Shown here: piece after piece, positions 13,301 through 21,376 of the stretch
Numbering within the stretch: the first letter of the stretch is position 1
Layout: every line of letters starts with the position of its first letter
Assembly (NCBI GenBank): GCA_963748815.1
Contig: CAVVKJ010000008.1
Coordinates: 64,001 to 128,000, forward strand
Reading direction: 5' to 3'
Origin: an uncultured Gemmatimonadales bacterium
Lineage (GTDB): Bacteria > Gemmatimonadota > Gemmatimonadetes > Gemmatimonadales > GWC2-71-9
DNA length: 64,000 nucleotides
The notes under the pieces: generated by a model
Database searches by the model: none
Told to the model about the DNA's origin: nothing
What the model saw: only the letters and a program-made list of their open reading frames with translations
Translations under genes and position numbers: made by a program

Positions 13301-13541
13301 CGAGGCGCGCGGCCGTCCGCTCCGCGAGGCGGTGCTCGAGGCGGGGGCGGTGCGGTTCCGGCCGATCGCGCTCACCGCGGCCGCCGTCGTCATCGGCGGG
13401 ATCGTGATGGTGCTCGACCCGATCTTCCAGGGCCTCGCGGTGGCGCTGATGAGCGGCGCCATCGCGGCCACACTGCTCACCATGGTGGTGGTGCCGCTCC
13501 TCTACTGGGAGCTCCGGCGCCGCGAAGGAGCCACGTCATGA
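10371..13541 (+). CDS. RND transporter permease, PREEEPQI subtype (frameshifts at ~11125 and ~12570)
   Basis: [54 protein letters not shown] across ORFs 10371, 9347-frame and 12579. Confidence 0.9.
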
Positions 13542-13822
13542 AAATGCTGATGCTGACCTACAGCGGCGCCGAGCCGGCGCGGATCTCCGCGCTCCTCGAT
13601 GCGGCCGGCGTGCCCGGCCACACCTGGTTCGAGGGCGGGCATGGGCATGGGCTGACCGGGCCGCGGGCCGGGACCCGGGCGTGGCCCGGCAGCGTGACCG
13701 TCGGGTTTGCCGTGGTGGAGGACGCGGTGGCCGTGACGGCCGCCGCGAGGTGTCGCGAGGCGGAACTTCCCCCGGGCGAGCGGCTGCACGTGGCCGTCAT
13801 GCCCGTCGATTCATTCTCTTAG
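13538..13822 (+). CDS. Small P-II-like, transporter-associated protein
   Basis: MKMLMLTY...[26 protein letters not shown]; 94 aa; ATGA overlap with the RND stop. Confidence 0.6.
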   Translation: MKMLMLTYSGAEPARISALLDAAGVPGHTWFEGGHGHGLTGPRAGTRAWPGSVTVGFAVVEDAVAVTAAARCREAELPPGERLHVAVMPVDSFS

Positions 13823-13837
13823 GCGTGGAGGTGGCTG

Positions 13838-14044
13838 ATGTGCAATGATGCAATCATCCGGCGGATCGCCGGGCTCTTCGTGATGGCGTCGGTGGCGCTG
13901 GGGTTCTGGGTGCATCCCGGGTTCCTCGCCTTCACCGCCTTCGTGGGATTCAACCTCTTTCAGTCCAGCCTCACCGGGTTCTGCCCGCTGGAGCGGATCC
14001 TGGGGAGCGTGGGCTTGTTCGGCTGCGAGCCGAAGAAGGCCTGA
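13838..14044 (+). CDS. DUF2892 (YgaP-like) membrane protein
   Basis: IRRIAG...FVGFNLFQSSLTGFCP. Confidence 0.88.
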   Translation: MCNDAIIRRIAGLFVMASVALGFWVHPGFLAFTAFVGFNLFQSSLTGFCPLERILGSVGLFGCEPKKA

Positions 14045-14047
14045 ACC

Positions 14048-14377
14048 CTACCGGCGGCGGCGGAGGAGTTTCTTCTTCCGGTCGAGCTCCTCCTCCAGCC
14101 CGCCGCACACCAGCTCACACATCGTGAACACCTGCGGGTCGGTGATCCGGTACCAGCTGGTGGTCCCTTCCTTCCGGCGGTCCACGTAGCCCTGCTGCAG
14201 CAGCACCTGCAGGTGCTTCGACACGTTGGCCTGGCCGCCCCCTGTCCGCTCGGCAAGGTCTCCCACGGAACACTCCCCGGCGCGCAGCGCCTGCAGCAGC
14301 CGGAGCCGCATCGGCTCGCCAAGGGCCTTGAACCGCTCGGCGATGGCCGAGGCGTTGGAATCGCTGAGTTCGAGCAT
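14048..14377 (-). CDS. ArsR/SmtB family transcriptional repressor with C-terminal CELVC
   Basis: FKALGEPMRLRLL, QANVSKHL; ATG at 14377 preceded by ggagggg. Confidence 0.92.
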   Translation of the reverse strand: MLELSDSNASAIAERFKALGEPMRLRLLQALRAGECSVGDLAERTGGGQANVSKHLQVLLQQGYVDRRKEGTTSWYRITDPQVFTMCELVCGGLEEELDRKKKLLRRRR

Positions 14378-14399
14378 GTACCCCTCCAGGGAATCACTA

Positions 14400-14415
14400 T
14401 ACAACTATCTGGTAA
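14400..14415. promoter_or_regulatory. Candidate second ArsR operator
   Basis: tacaactatctggtaa shares TACAACTAT and 10/14 positions with the palindrome at 7941; it sits in an AT-rich patch upstream of arsR. Confidence 0.55.
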
Positions 14416-14530
14416 TATAGTAATTCCAGCCCCGACGCGCCACACTCGGCAGGTGGTCGTCTCACGGCCCGAGATTGCTTCGTCGGCCCCTGGCGGGGCC
14501 TCCTCGCAATGTCAGAAGGGGACGCCGCCC

Positions 14531-14560
14531 CTCAGTCCTCAGTCCCCAGTCCTCAGTCCT
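14531..14560. repeat. Heptamer tandem repeat (CTCAGTC)x4
   Basis: ctcagtc ctcagtc cccagtc ctcagtc ct. Confidence 0.8.
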
Positions 14561-14574
14561 GATAGATTTGCCGT

Positions 14575-15324
14575 ATGCCCCTCCTCGGCCTCTCTCTCGC
14601 CCTCGTCATCGGCGTCTCCCTCGGCCTTCTCGGCGGGGGCGGGTCCGTCTTGACGGTCCCGATCTTCCATTACGTCCTGGGCTACGGGGTCAAATCGTCC
14701 ATCGCCATGAGCCTGGCCGTCGTCGGCGTGACCAGCGCCGCCGGCGCCCTGGGCCGGCTCCGGAACGGGGAGCTCAACGGCCGGGCGGTGCTCACCTTCG
14801 CGCCGGTGGCCATGCTCGGCACCTTCGTCGGTGCCCGGGTGGCCCTCCTCGTCCCCTCCATCGCCCAGCTGATTCTCTTCGCGGTGACGATGCTGGTGGC
14901 CGCCCTTTTCATGTGGCGGGGACGGCCCGCCGACGCCCATGCCCCCGAGCGGCCGCACCCCGTGCTCGTCGCGCTCATTGGCGGTGCCGTGGGGATCCTC
15001 ACCGGGCTCGTCGGGGTGGGCGGGGGGTTCCTGATCGTGCCGGCGCTGGTCCTCCTCCTCGGCGTGCCGGTCAAGGAAGCCGTCGGCACTTCGCTCGGGG
15101 TCATCGCCCTCAACTCGGCGTCGGGATTTGCCGGGTACTGGGGGAAGGTGGATATTGATCTGCGCATGATGGCGGGCTTCACCGCCGTGGCGATCGTCGG
15201 TGTCTTCGTCGGCACGCTGCTCGGCCGGCGGGTGAGCCCGGGCAATCTCCGCAGGGGATTCGCCGTGCTGCTGGTGGTCGTCGGGGCGGCGATCCTCCTG
15301 AAGAGCCTGCTCGGGCAGGCCTGA
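14575..15324 (+). CDS. TauE/SafE (TSUP) sulfite exporter family protein
   Basis: GLLGGGGSVLTVP, GLVGVGGGFLIVPAL, AVGTSL. Confidence 0.92.
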   Translation: MPLLGLSLALVIGVSLGLLGGGGSVLTVPIFHYVLGYGVKSSIAMSLAVVGVTSAAGALGRLRNGELNGRAVLTFAPVAMLGTFVGARVALLVPSIAQLILFAVTMLVAALFMWRGRPADAHAPERPHPVLVALIGGAVGILTGLVGVGGGFLIVPALVLLLGVPVKEAVGTSLGVIALNSASGFAGYWGKVDIDLRMMAGFTAVAIVGVFVGTLLGRRVSPGNLRRGFAVLLVVVGAAILLKSLLGQA

Positions 15325-15345
15325 ACCTCTCTCGGAATCCTGACC

Positions 15346-16770
15346 ATGTTCTTCCAGCGCTTCTACGACGACACCCTCGCCCAGACCAGCTACCTCATCG
15401 GCTGCGCCGCCACGGGTGAGGCGATGGTGATCGACCCGAACCGGGACGTCGCGCAATACGTGCGCGCCGCCGAGGACGAAGGGCTCCGGATCACGCACGT
15501 GACCGAGACCCATATCCACGCCGACTTTCTTTCCGGGACCCGGGAGCTGTCACACCTCACGGGTGCGGTGATGTATCTCTCCGACGAGGGCGGCCCCGGC
15601 TGGCAGTACGCTTTCGCGAAGCAGGGCGGGGCGGTGCTGCTCCACGACAACGACCACTTCATGGTCGGCAACATCCGGTTCGACGTCCTCCACACCCCGG
15701 GGCACACGCCCGAACACATGGCCTTCGTGGTGACGGACACCGCCGGCGCCACCGGGCCGATGGGCATCGTCACCGGCGATTTCGTGTTCGTGGGTGACGT
15801 GGGCCGGCCCGACCTGCTCGAGAAGGCGGCGAAGGTGGCGGGGTCGGCGGACGGCGCCGCCCGCGCGCTCTGGAAGAGCCTCGCCAAGTTCCGGACCCTC
15901 CCCGACCACTTGCAGGTGTGGCCCGGCCACGGCGCCGGCTCCGCCTGCGGCAAGGGAATGAGCGCGGTGCCGCAGAGCACCGTCGGCTACGAGAAGCTCT
16001 TCAACTGGGCGTTCGGCGCGGCCACCGAGGACGAGTTCGTGGCGCAGGTGCTCGCCGGGCAGCCCGAGCCGCCGAAATACTTCGCCGAGATGAAGCGTCT
16101 CAACCGCGACGGCCCGCCGATCCTGGACGGATTGCGCACGCCGCCACGGATCGAGGGCGCGCGCCTGCCGGAGCTGCTGGCCTCGGGTGTGACCGTCGTG
16201 GACGCGCGCCCCAGCGAGGCGTTCACCGCACGGCATATCCCCGGCACCATTCACATCCCGCTGGACCGCTCCTTCACCACCTGGGCGGGGTGGCTGCTGT
16301 CGTACACCGAGCCGTTCTACCTCCTGGTGAGTGGCGACTCGCCGGAGCGCCTCCACGAGGCGCTCCGCGACCTGGCCATGATCGGGCTGGACGGGGCGGC
16401 GGGGTGGTTCGGATCGGATGCGATTGCGGCGTGGGGCAAGGAGGGGCTGGCGTACGGCAACACGGCGTTGATCACGCCGGAGGAGCTCGCGGGCCGGCAG
16501 GAGCGCAACGGGCTGGCGGTGCTCGATGTGCGCGGTCAGGCCGAGTGGCAGGCGGGTCACTTGCCGGGGGTCGGCAACATTCCGCTCGGCTACCTCCTCG
16601 ACCGGATCGACGAGGTGCCCGCAGGCCGACCCCTGGTGCTGCAGTGCGGCGGTGGGACGCGTTCCCTGATCGCCGCGAGCCTCCTCGAGTCCCGCGGCAT
16701 CGTCGACGTCATCAACCTCACCGGCGGCATCACGGCGTGGGAGAAGGCGGGGCTGCCGGTCGAGCGCTAG
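15346..16770 (+). CDS. MBL-fold persulfide dioxygenase fused to two rhodanese domains (CstB-like)
   Basis: ETHIHADFLSG, HTPGHTPEH, GDVGRPDL, PGHGAGSACGK; C-terminal rhodanese loop QCGGGTRS. Confidence 0.9.
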   Translation: MFFQRFYDDTLAQTSYLIGCAATGEAMVIDPNRDVAQYVRAAEDEGLRITHVTETHIHADFLSGTRELSHLTGAVMYLSDEGGPGWQYAFAKQGGAVLLHDNDHFMVGNIRFDVLHTPGHTPEHMAFVVTDTAGATGPMGIVTGDFVFVGDVGRPDLLEKAAKVAGSADGAARALWKSLAKFRTLPDHLQVWPGHGAGSACGKGMSAVPQSTVGYEKLFNWAFGAATEDEFVAQVLAGQPEPPKYFAEMKRLNRDGPPILDGLRTPPRIEGARLPELLASGVTVVDARPSEAFTARHIPGTIHIPLDRSFTTWAGWLLSYTEPFYLLVSGDSPERLHEALRDLAMIGLDGAAGWFGSDAIAAWGKEGLAYGNTALITPEELAGRQERNGLAVLDVRGQAEWQAGHLPGVGNIPLGYLLDRIDEVPAGRPLVLQCGGGTRSLIAASLLESRGIVDVINLTGGITAWEKAGLPVER

Positions 16771-16778
16771 CTCGGATT

Positions 16779-16847
16779 GCCGTCACCCCGGCGAAAGCCG
16801 GGGTCCATGTTTAGTTCCCCGCTTCCCCGCTTCCCCGCTTCCCCGCC
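16779..16847. repeat. REP-like unit followed by (CTTCCCCG)n octamer repeats
   Basis: gccgtcaccccggcgaaagccggggtcca, then ttccccgc x4, between convergent genes. Confidence 0.8.
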
Positions 16848-16856
16848 TAATCAGCG

Positions 16857-18704
16857 TCAGCCGACGACGTACGCTTCCATGGCAAAGTATTCGGCGAGCC
16901 CCAGGCGATTCAGCATCGCCGCCGTTTCCTTGTTCCGCGCTTCCACCCGCTGCCAGAACTCCCGCTCGTCGTGCGCGCCGGGAAATGGCGCCGAGTCCTT
17001 CTGGCTCTGGTGCTTGAAGATCGCCTGGATCTTGAGCTTCAGTTCCTCCTGGCTCATCGGCACCAGCCAGGTCGCCTCGGTGACCGGCCACTCCTGCCAG
17101 GCCCCCCGATAGAGCCACGTCTCCGGTCGCGTGCCGGTCATCTCCGCCAGGGCCCGGTCGATCGCTTCCTTGCACATCCGGTGGGTGCCGTGCGGGTCGC
17201 TCAGGTCGCCGGCCACGAAGATGAGCTGCGGGCGCGTCTCCTCGAGGAGCGCCAGCACGATCTGCACGTCGGCCGCGCCGATGGGGTCCTTGCGCACCTT
17301 GCCGGTCTGGTAGAACGGGAGGTTGAGGAAGCGGGCGTTCGGGGCGCCGAGGCCAATCGTTTCGAGCGCGCTGACCGCCTCGCCCTCCCGGATGATGCGC
17401 TTGACCGCCTGGATCTCCGCGCTGTCCACGGTCCCCGGCGCCTTGGTGGCGAGGAACTCCCTCACCTCGGCGGTGAAGCCAGGCACATCCGCCTTCCCGA
17501 TGCCCCGATCCCGCGCCAGCCGCTCAAGGAAGTCCACGTAGCGCCGGACATCATGATCGAAGACGGCGATGTTGCCGCTCGTCATGTAGGCCACGGTGAT
17601 CTCGTTCCCGTTCTGCGCCAGCTTGTGCAGGATGCCGCCCATCGAGATCACGTCGTCGTCAGGATGCGGCGAGAAGACGAGGACGCGGCGGCCCTCCGGC
17701 AGCTTCGACCGGCCCCGGATGCGGGCGCCCAGCGCGTTGAAGACCGTCCCGTTCACCGCGCCGGGGGAGCCGTGCCGGGCCACCAGCGACGACAGCTTGT
17801 GCTCGGCGTAGTCCCCCTGCGTGAGCTTCAGGATCGCCTTCCCGGTGCGGAGGGAGAGCCAGGTCACGGCGCGGACGGTGAGCTCCGGTGTCCACTCGAC
17901 TTCGTCCACCAGCCAGGGCGTGGCGACGCGCGTCAGGTCGGCGGCGGCGGCGGTGTCGAGGTAGAAGGTGGTGTTGGGGTGGCGTTGCAGAAACGTGGCG
18001 GCCACCTCGAGATCCACCGCCCCCTCCACCGCCCGGCGGACGATGGCCGACTTGTGCTCGCCGGTGGCGAGGATGGCGATCTCGCGCGCCTCGAGGATCG
18101 TCGCGATTCCCATGGTGACCGCCTCGCGCGGCACGTGCTCCTCACCGAAGAAGTCCGCGGCGGCGTCCCGGCGGGTGATCACGTCCAGCTGCACCAGGCG
18201 GGTGCGGCTCTCCACGCCCGATCCCGGTTCGTTGAAGCCGATATGCCCGGTCTTCCCGATCCCCAGCAACTGGAAGTCGATGCCCCCCGCCGCCGCGATG
18301 GCGGCCTCGTAGCGCTCGCACATCCCGTGGACGCCCTCGCGCGCCACCCCGCCGTCAGGGACGTGGGTGTCGGCGGGGTCGATGTCGATGTGGTCGAAGA
18401 GATTTTCCTGCATGAAGCGCCGGTAGGAGTGGATGCTCTCCGGCGCCATCGGCCAGTACTCGTCGAGGTTGAAGGTCACCACCCCCCGAAAGCTCAACCC
18501 CTCCTCGCGGTGCATCCGGATCAGCTCCCGGTACACCCCGATCGGGGTGGACCCGGTGGCCAGGCCGAGCACCGGCCGGGCGCCCGCCGCCCGCCGCTCG
18601 GCGATGACGTCGCGGATGCGCGCCGCGATGGTGCGGGCGAGCGCCTCGTGGCTCTCGAGCACCACGGTGGGGATCCGCTCCGGGCCTCTGGCGGGGTGGG
18701 ACAT
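16857..18704 (-). CDS. nagB: Glucosamine-6-phosphate deaminase with C-terminal PIG-L-like domain
   Basis: GLATGSTP, TFNLDEY, GHIGFNEPGS; then SPHPDDDVISMGG, DPHGTH, KHQSQKD. Confidence 0.93.
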   Translation of the reverse strand: MSHPARGPERIPTVVLESHEALARTIAARIRDVIAERRAAGARPVLGLATGSTPIGVYRELIRMHREEGLSFRGVVTFNLDEYWPMAPESIHSYRRFMQENLFDHIDIDPADTHVPDGGVAREGVHGMCERYEAAIAAAGGIDFQLLGIGKTGHIGFNEPGSGVESRTRLVQLDVITRRDAAADFFGEEHVPREAVTMGIATILEAREIAILATGEHKSAIVRRAVEGAVDLEVAATFLQRHPNTTFYLDTAAAADLTRVATPWLVDEVEWTPELTVRAVTWLSLRTGKAILKLTQGDYAEHKLSSLVARHGSPGAVNGTVFNALGARIRGRSKLPEGRRVLVFSPHPDDDVISMGGILHKLAQNGNEITVAYMTSGNIAVFDHDVRRYVDFLERLARDRGIGKADVPGFTAEVREFLATKAPGTVDSAEIQAVKRIIREGEAVSALETIGLGAPNARFLNLPFYQTGKVRKDPIGAADVQIVLALLEETRPQLIFVAGDLSDPHGTHRMCKEAIDRALAEMTGTRPETWLYRGAWQEWPVTEATWLVPMSQEELKLKIQAIFKHQSQKDSAPFPGAHDEREFWQRVEARNKETAAMLNRLGLAEYFAMEAYVVG

Positions 18705-18726
18705 GGCCCAAATCTAACCGGAATCC

Positions 18727-18746
18727 GCTTGACGCCCGCTTGACCC
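18727..18746 (+). promoter_or_regulatory. Direct-repeat motif GCTTGAC-N4-GCTTGAC (copy 1)
   Basis: gcttgacgcccgcttgaccc; the identical 20-mer occurs at 20532. Confidence 0.65.
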
Positions 18747-18788
18747 CCCGGCCCGAACCTCCAGTCGCAACCCTGACTGGAGGTCGTT

Positions 18789-19166
18789 ATGCGGTTCCCA
18801 CGGATGCTCCCGACCCTGTTCCTGGTCCTGACGCTCGGCGCCTGCCACAGCTATGAACCGGTGACGGTGCCCCTGCCTGATTACGCCCCGGCGGTGGACG
18901 GCCGGAACGAGATGCGGCTCACACTGGTGACCGGTGAGCGGATGACGCTGTCGGACACCTACGTCGCCGGCGGGTCGGTCTACGGGTATCCTCTCGACGC
19001 CCCGAGCACCGGCTACGCGCCGGTCGCGGTGCCGGTCAGCGCCATCCAGAAGGCCGACCTCCGGAAGCCGCACGCCTCCAAGCCCCTCGCCTACGTCGTG
19101 GGCGGAGCGCTCATCGCGGGCACAGTGGCGGCCTCGGCGAGCCTCTTCGGCGCGGTGCGGCGCTGA
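18789..19166 (+). CDS. Small lipoprotein with C-terminal hydrophobic helix (paralog 1)
   Basis: ggagg RBS; LGAC lipobox. Confidence 0.75.
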   Translation: MRFPRMLPTLFLVLTLGACHSYEPVTVPLPDYAPAVDGRNEMRLTLVTGERMTLSDTYVAGGSVYGYPLDAPSTGYAPVAVPVSAIQKADLRKPHASKPLAYVVGGALIAGTVAASASLFGAVRR

Positions 19167-19233
19167 TCGCCCGGCGGGATGGTCGCCTGCGGCAAGGTTA
19201 CATTTCCGCCTTCGGATCATCCCCGGAGGCCCC

Positions 19234-19851
19234 ATGGAGTCCCGTCGCATCGAAGCACTGGTTGATGGCGTCTTTGCCGTCGCGATGACCGTGCTCGTGC
19301 TCCAGGTGCCCGTGCCGGCGCTCCCCGATCCGGTCACGGGCGCGGAAGTGGTCGATGCGCTCTGGGCGCTCCTCCCCTCGATCGCCACCTACGCCGTCAG
19401 CTTCCTGATCCTCGGGACCCTCTGGGTCGGCCACCACGACCAGTCGCGCCTGATCCGGCGCACCGATTCTGCACTGGTCTGGTCGAATCTTTTCTTCATC
19501 CTCTGCGTGGCGTTCGTGCCCTTCGCCACGGCGTTCGTCTCCCGCTACCCGCTCCAGCAGGCCGCGATCGTGATCTACGGCGCCACCCTGCTCCTGGCCG
19601 GGATGTTCCTGTTCGCCCACTGGAACCACGCGGTCAACCGCGGCCTCGTTGCCGAGGAGGTCACGCCGGAGCTGGCCGAGGTCGTGCGGGAACGCATCTC
19701 GATGGGGATGGCCGCCTTCCTGGTGGCCACGATCGCCGGGGCGTTCCTCCCGAAGGTGGGGCTCCTCCTCTTCGCGTGCATCCCGATCCTGTACTTGCTC
19801 CCCCGGCGCATCGATCCCGACATGGTCGAGGAAGCCGCCACGAACGAGTAG
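19234..19851 (+). CDS. TMEM175 family K+ channel protein
   Basis: RIEALVDGVFAVAMTVLVL, YAVSF...W..HH, PFAT. Confidence 0.9.
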   Translation: MESRRIEALVDGVFAVAMTVLVLQVPVPALPDPVTGAEVVDALWALLPSIATYAVSFLILGTLWVGHHDQSRLIRRTDSALVWSNLFFILCVAFVPFATAFVSRYPLQQAAIVIYGATLLLAGMFLFAHWNHAVNRGLVAEEVTPELAEVVRERISMGMAAFLVATIAGAFLPKVGLLLFACIPILYLLPRRIDPDMVEEAATNE

Positions 19852-19866
19852 CACCTCTGGCGCCGG

Positions 19867-19966
19867 TGTCAGTTTGACGGCATGGGTACGCCCCGCGTGT
19901 CACGGTGACAGGCGGGGCGACTTGTCGCTGTCAGGATGGCGCCCGTCGGTTGGCACGCCGGCTGCA
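19867..19966 (+). promoter_or_regulatory. Sigma54-type promoter preceded by three TGTCA-N3-TGRCR sites
   Basis: TGGCACG-ccgg-CTGCA at 19951-19966; sites at 19867, 19898 and 19929. Confidence 0.7.
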
Positions 19967-20039
19967 ATTCCCTCCTCCCGATGGATCACGATGCGTGGTC
20001 CGATCACGAGACCCAATTCCAATTCAGGAGGAGTGCATC

Positions 20040-20462
20040 ATGTTGACGCTGACCCGCCGCCCGACCCGCATGCTCGACGACGTCTTTGCCGGCTGGCCCT
20101 TCGGCCAGGAGCCGGACGGTGCCTTGACCGCCAGCTGGGTGCCCGCCGTCGATGTCTTCGAAGACAAGGAGCACGTGCGGATCATGGTGGAGGTGCCGGG
20201 GGTCAATCCGGACGACATCAAGATCTCGCTCGAGCAGCAGACCCTGACGATCAGCGGTGAGAAGAAGCAGGTGAGTGAGGAAAAGACCGAGCGGGTCCAT
20301 CGGTACGAGCGGACCTACGGCAGTTTCACCCGCCGCTTCACCCTGCCCGCGACGGTGGACGCGGAGAAGATCGAGGCCAAGGCCGAGCAAGGTGTGCTGG
20401 TGCTCACCATTCCGAAGTCGGAAAAGGCCCGGCCGCGGCAGATTCCCATCAGTCTCGGCTAA
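20040..20462 (+). CDS. Hsp20/alpha-crystallin family small heat shock protein
   Basis: aggagg RBS; PAVDVFE, ERTYGSFTRRFTLP, GVLVLTIPK, IPI C-terminal motif. Confidence 0.95.
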   Translation: MLTLTRRPTRMLDDVFAGWPFGQEPDGALTASWVPAVDVFEDKEHVRIMVEVPGVNPDDIKISLEQQTLTISGEKKQVSEEKTERVHRYERTYGSFTRRFTLPATVDAEKIEAKAEQGVLVLTIPKSEKARPRQIPISLG

Positions 20463-20486
20463 TCGGCGCACACGCTCGCCGTACGA

Positions 20487-20526
20487 CGCCCCTCCCCGGC
20501 TTGTCCGGGGAGGGGCGCCGTCTTTT
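20487..20526 (+). terminator. Intrinsic terminator of hsp20
   Basis: cgcccctccccgg-cttgt-ccggggaggggcg followed by ccgtctttt. Confidence 0.75.
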
Positions 20527-20531
20527 GGGGT

Positions 20532-20551
20532 GCTTGACGCCCGCTTGACCC
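20532..20551 (+). promoter_or_regulatory. Direct-repeat motif GCTTGAC-N4-GCTTGAC (copy 2)
   Basis: Identical to 18727-18746 and at nearly the same distance from the next ATG. Confidence 0.65.
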
Positions 20552-20594
20552 TGCCGCCCCATCCTCCTCCCGTCCAGCAACGAGGGAGGACCCG

Positions 20595-20945
20595 ATGCGC
20601 CGCACCCCATTGACCGCCGCCATGCTCCTGGCCGTCCACCTGTCGGCCTGCACCAGCTATCAGGCCCTCGCCAACCCGTCGGTCGAACTCGGCGCGTCCC
20701 CGATGCAACTCGACGAAGTCCGCGTCACACCGGTGACCGGCAAGCGATTCTACCTCACCTCGTCCCTCATCTCGGGCGACTCTCTCTTTGGCGTGCGGTC
20801 CGGAGGCGACCGGACCGCTATCGCGCTCTCCGACGTGAAGCGAATCGAGGCGCGCTATGTCTCGACCACCTTGGTCGGAACGCTGTTCTGCGTGGTCGCG
20901 GTGTTTGCGGTCAACGCCGAGTCCTGCTCGGTGGACTCGGAGTAG
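20595..20945 (+). CDS. Small lipoprotein (paralog 2)
   Basis: ggagg RBS; LSAC lipobox; GDSLFG; C-terminal hydrophobic helix. Confidence 0.72.
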   Translation: MRRTPLTAAMLLAVHLSACTSYQALANPSVELGASPMQLDEVRVTPVTGKRFYLTSSLISGDSLFGVRSGGDRTAIALSDVKRIEARYVSTTLVGTLFCVVAVFAVNAESCSVDSE

Positions 20946-20947
20946 CC

Positions 20948-21319
20948 ATGCGCGCGCTTCGCGGTCGTCTGCGCCTGTCGATCAACCTCCTGCTGCTGGC
21001 GGTGTTCCTCCCCGGCTGCGCCACGTATTCGGTCATGCCCGATCCGGCGTCGACTCTGAAAGCGCCGCAGACCGAGTTCAAGCAGGTGCGCGTCATGCTC
21101 CGGTCCGGCGAAGAATTTACCCTGCAATCTCCGCGCGTCGAGGGCGATTCGCTGCGGGGGACCTGGCCGAACTCCCTGGTGCAGAGTGTGGCCTTGACTG
21201 ATGTCGCCACCGTGCGAGTGAAGCGGAGCAACGTCGGAAGGACAGCGGGCTTGGTGGTGCTTTCGGCCGCAGCGGTATGGGGAATACTCTTGACCTTCGC
21301 GCTTGTCGTTTCCGATTGA
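20948..21319 (+). CDS. Small lipoprotein (paralog 3)
   Basis: LPGC lipobox; GDSLRG...VALTDV; C-terminal TM helix. Confidence 0.72.
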   Translation: MRALRGRLRLSINLLLLAVFLPGCATYSVMPDPASTLKAPQTEFKQVRVMLRSGEEFTLQSPRVEGDSLRGTWPNSLVQSVALTDVATVRVKRSNVGRTAGLVVLSAAAVWGILLTFALVVSD

Positions 21320-21376
21320 CTACGGAAAGCGTCGCCACGGTTCAGGTGGGTGACGGAGTCTCGAACGTGGGCATTC

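Noticed and set aside
9347..13822. 1491-aa ORF as an MFP-RND-PII fusion
   Set aside because: Artefact of frameshifts placing pieces of three genes in one stop-free frame.
16857..18704. NagB-deacetylase-like fusion as a novelty
   Set aside because: This long NagB architecture is already known, for example in Bacteroidota.
19889..19919. Hairpin cgccccgc...gcggggcg as the TMEM175 terminator
   Set aside because: No U-tract, and its centre is one of the three phased TGTCA-N3-TGACA sites; better explained as a DNA site, though a dual role is possible.
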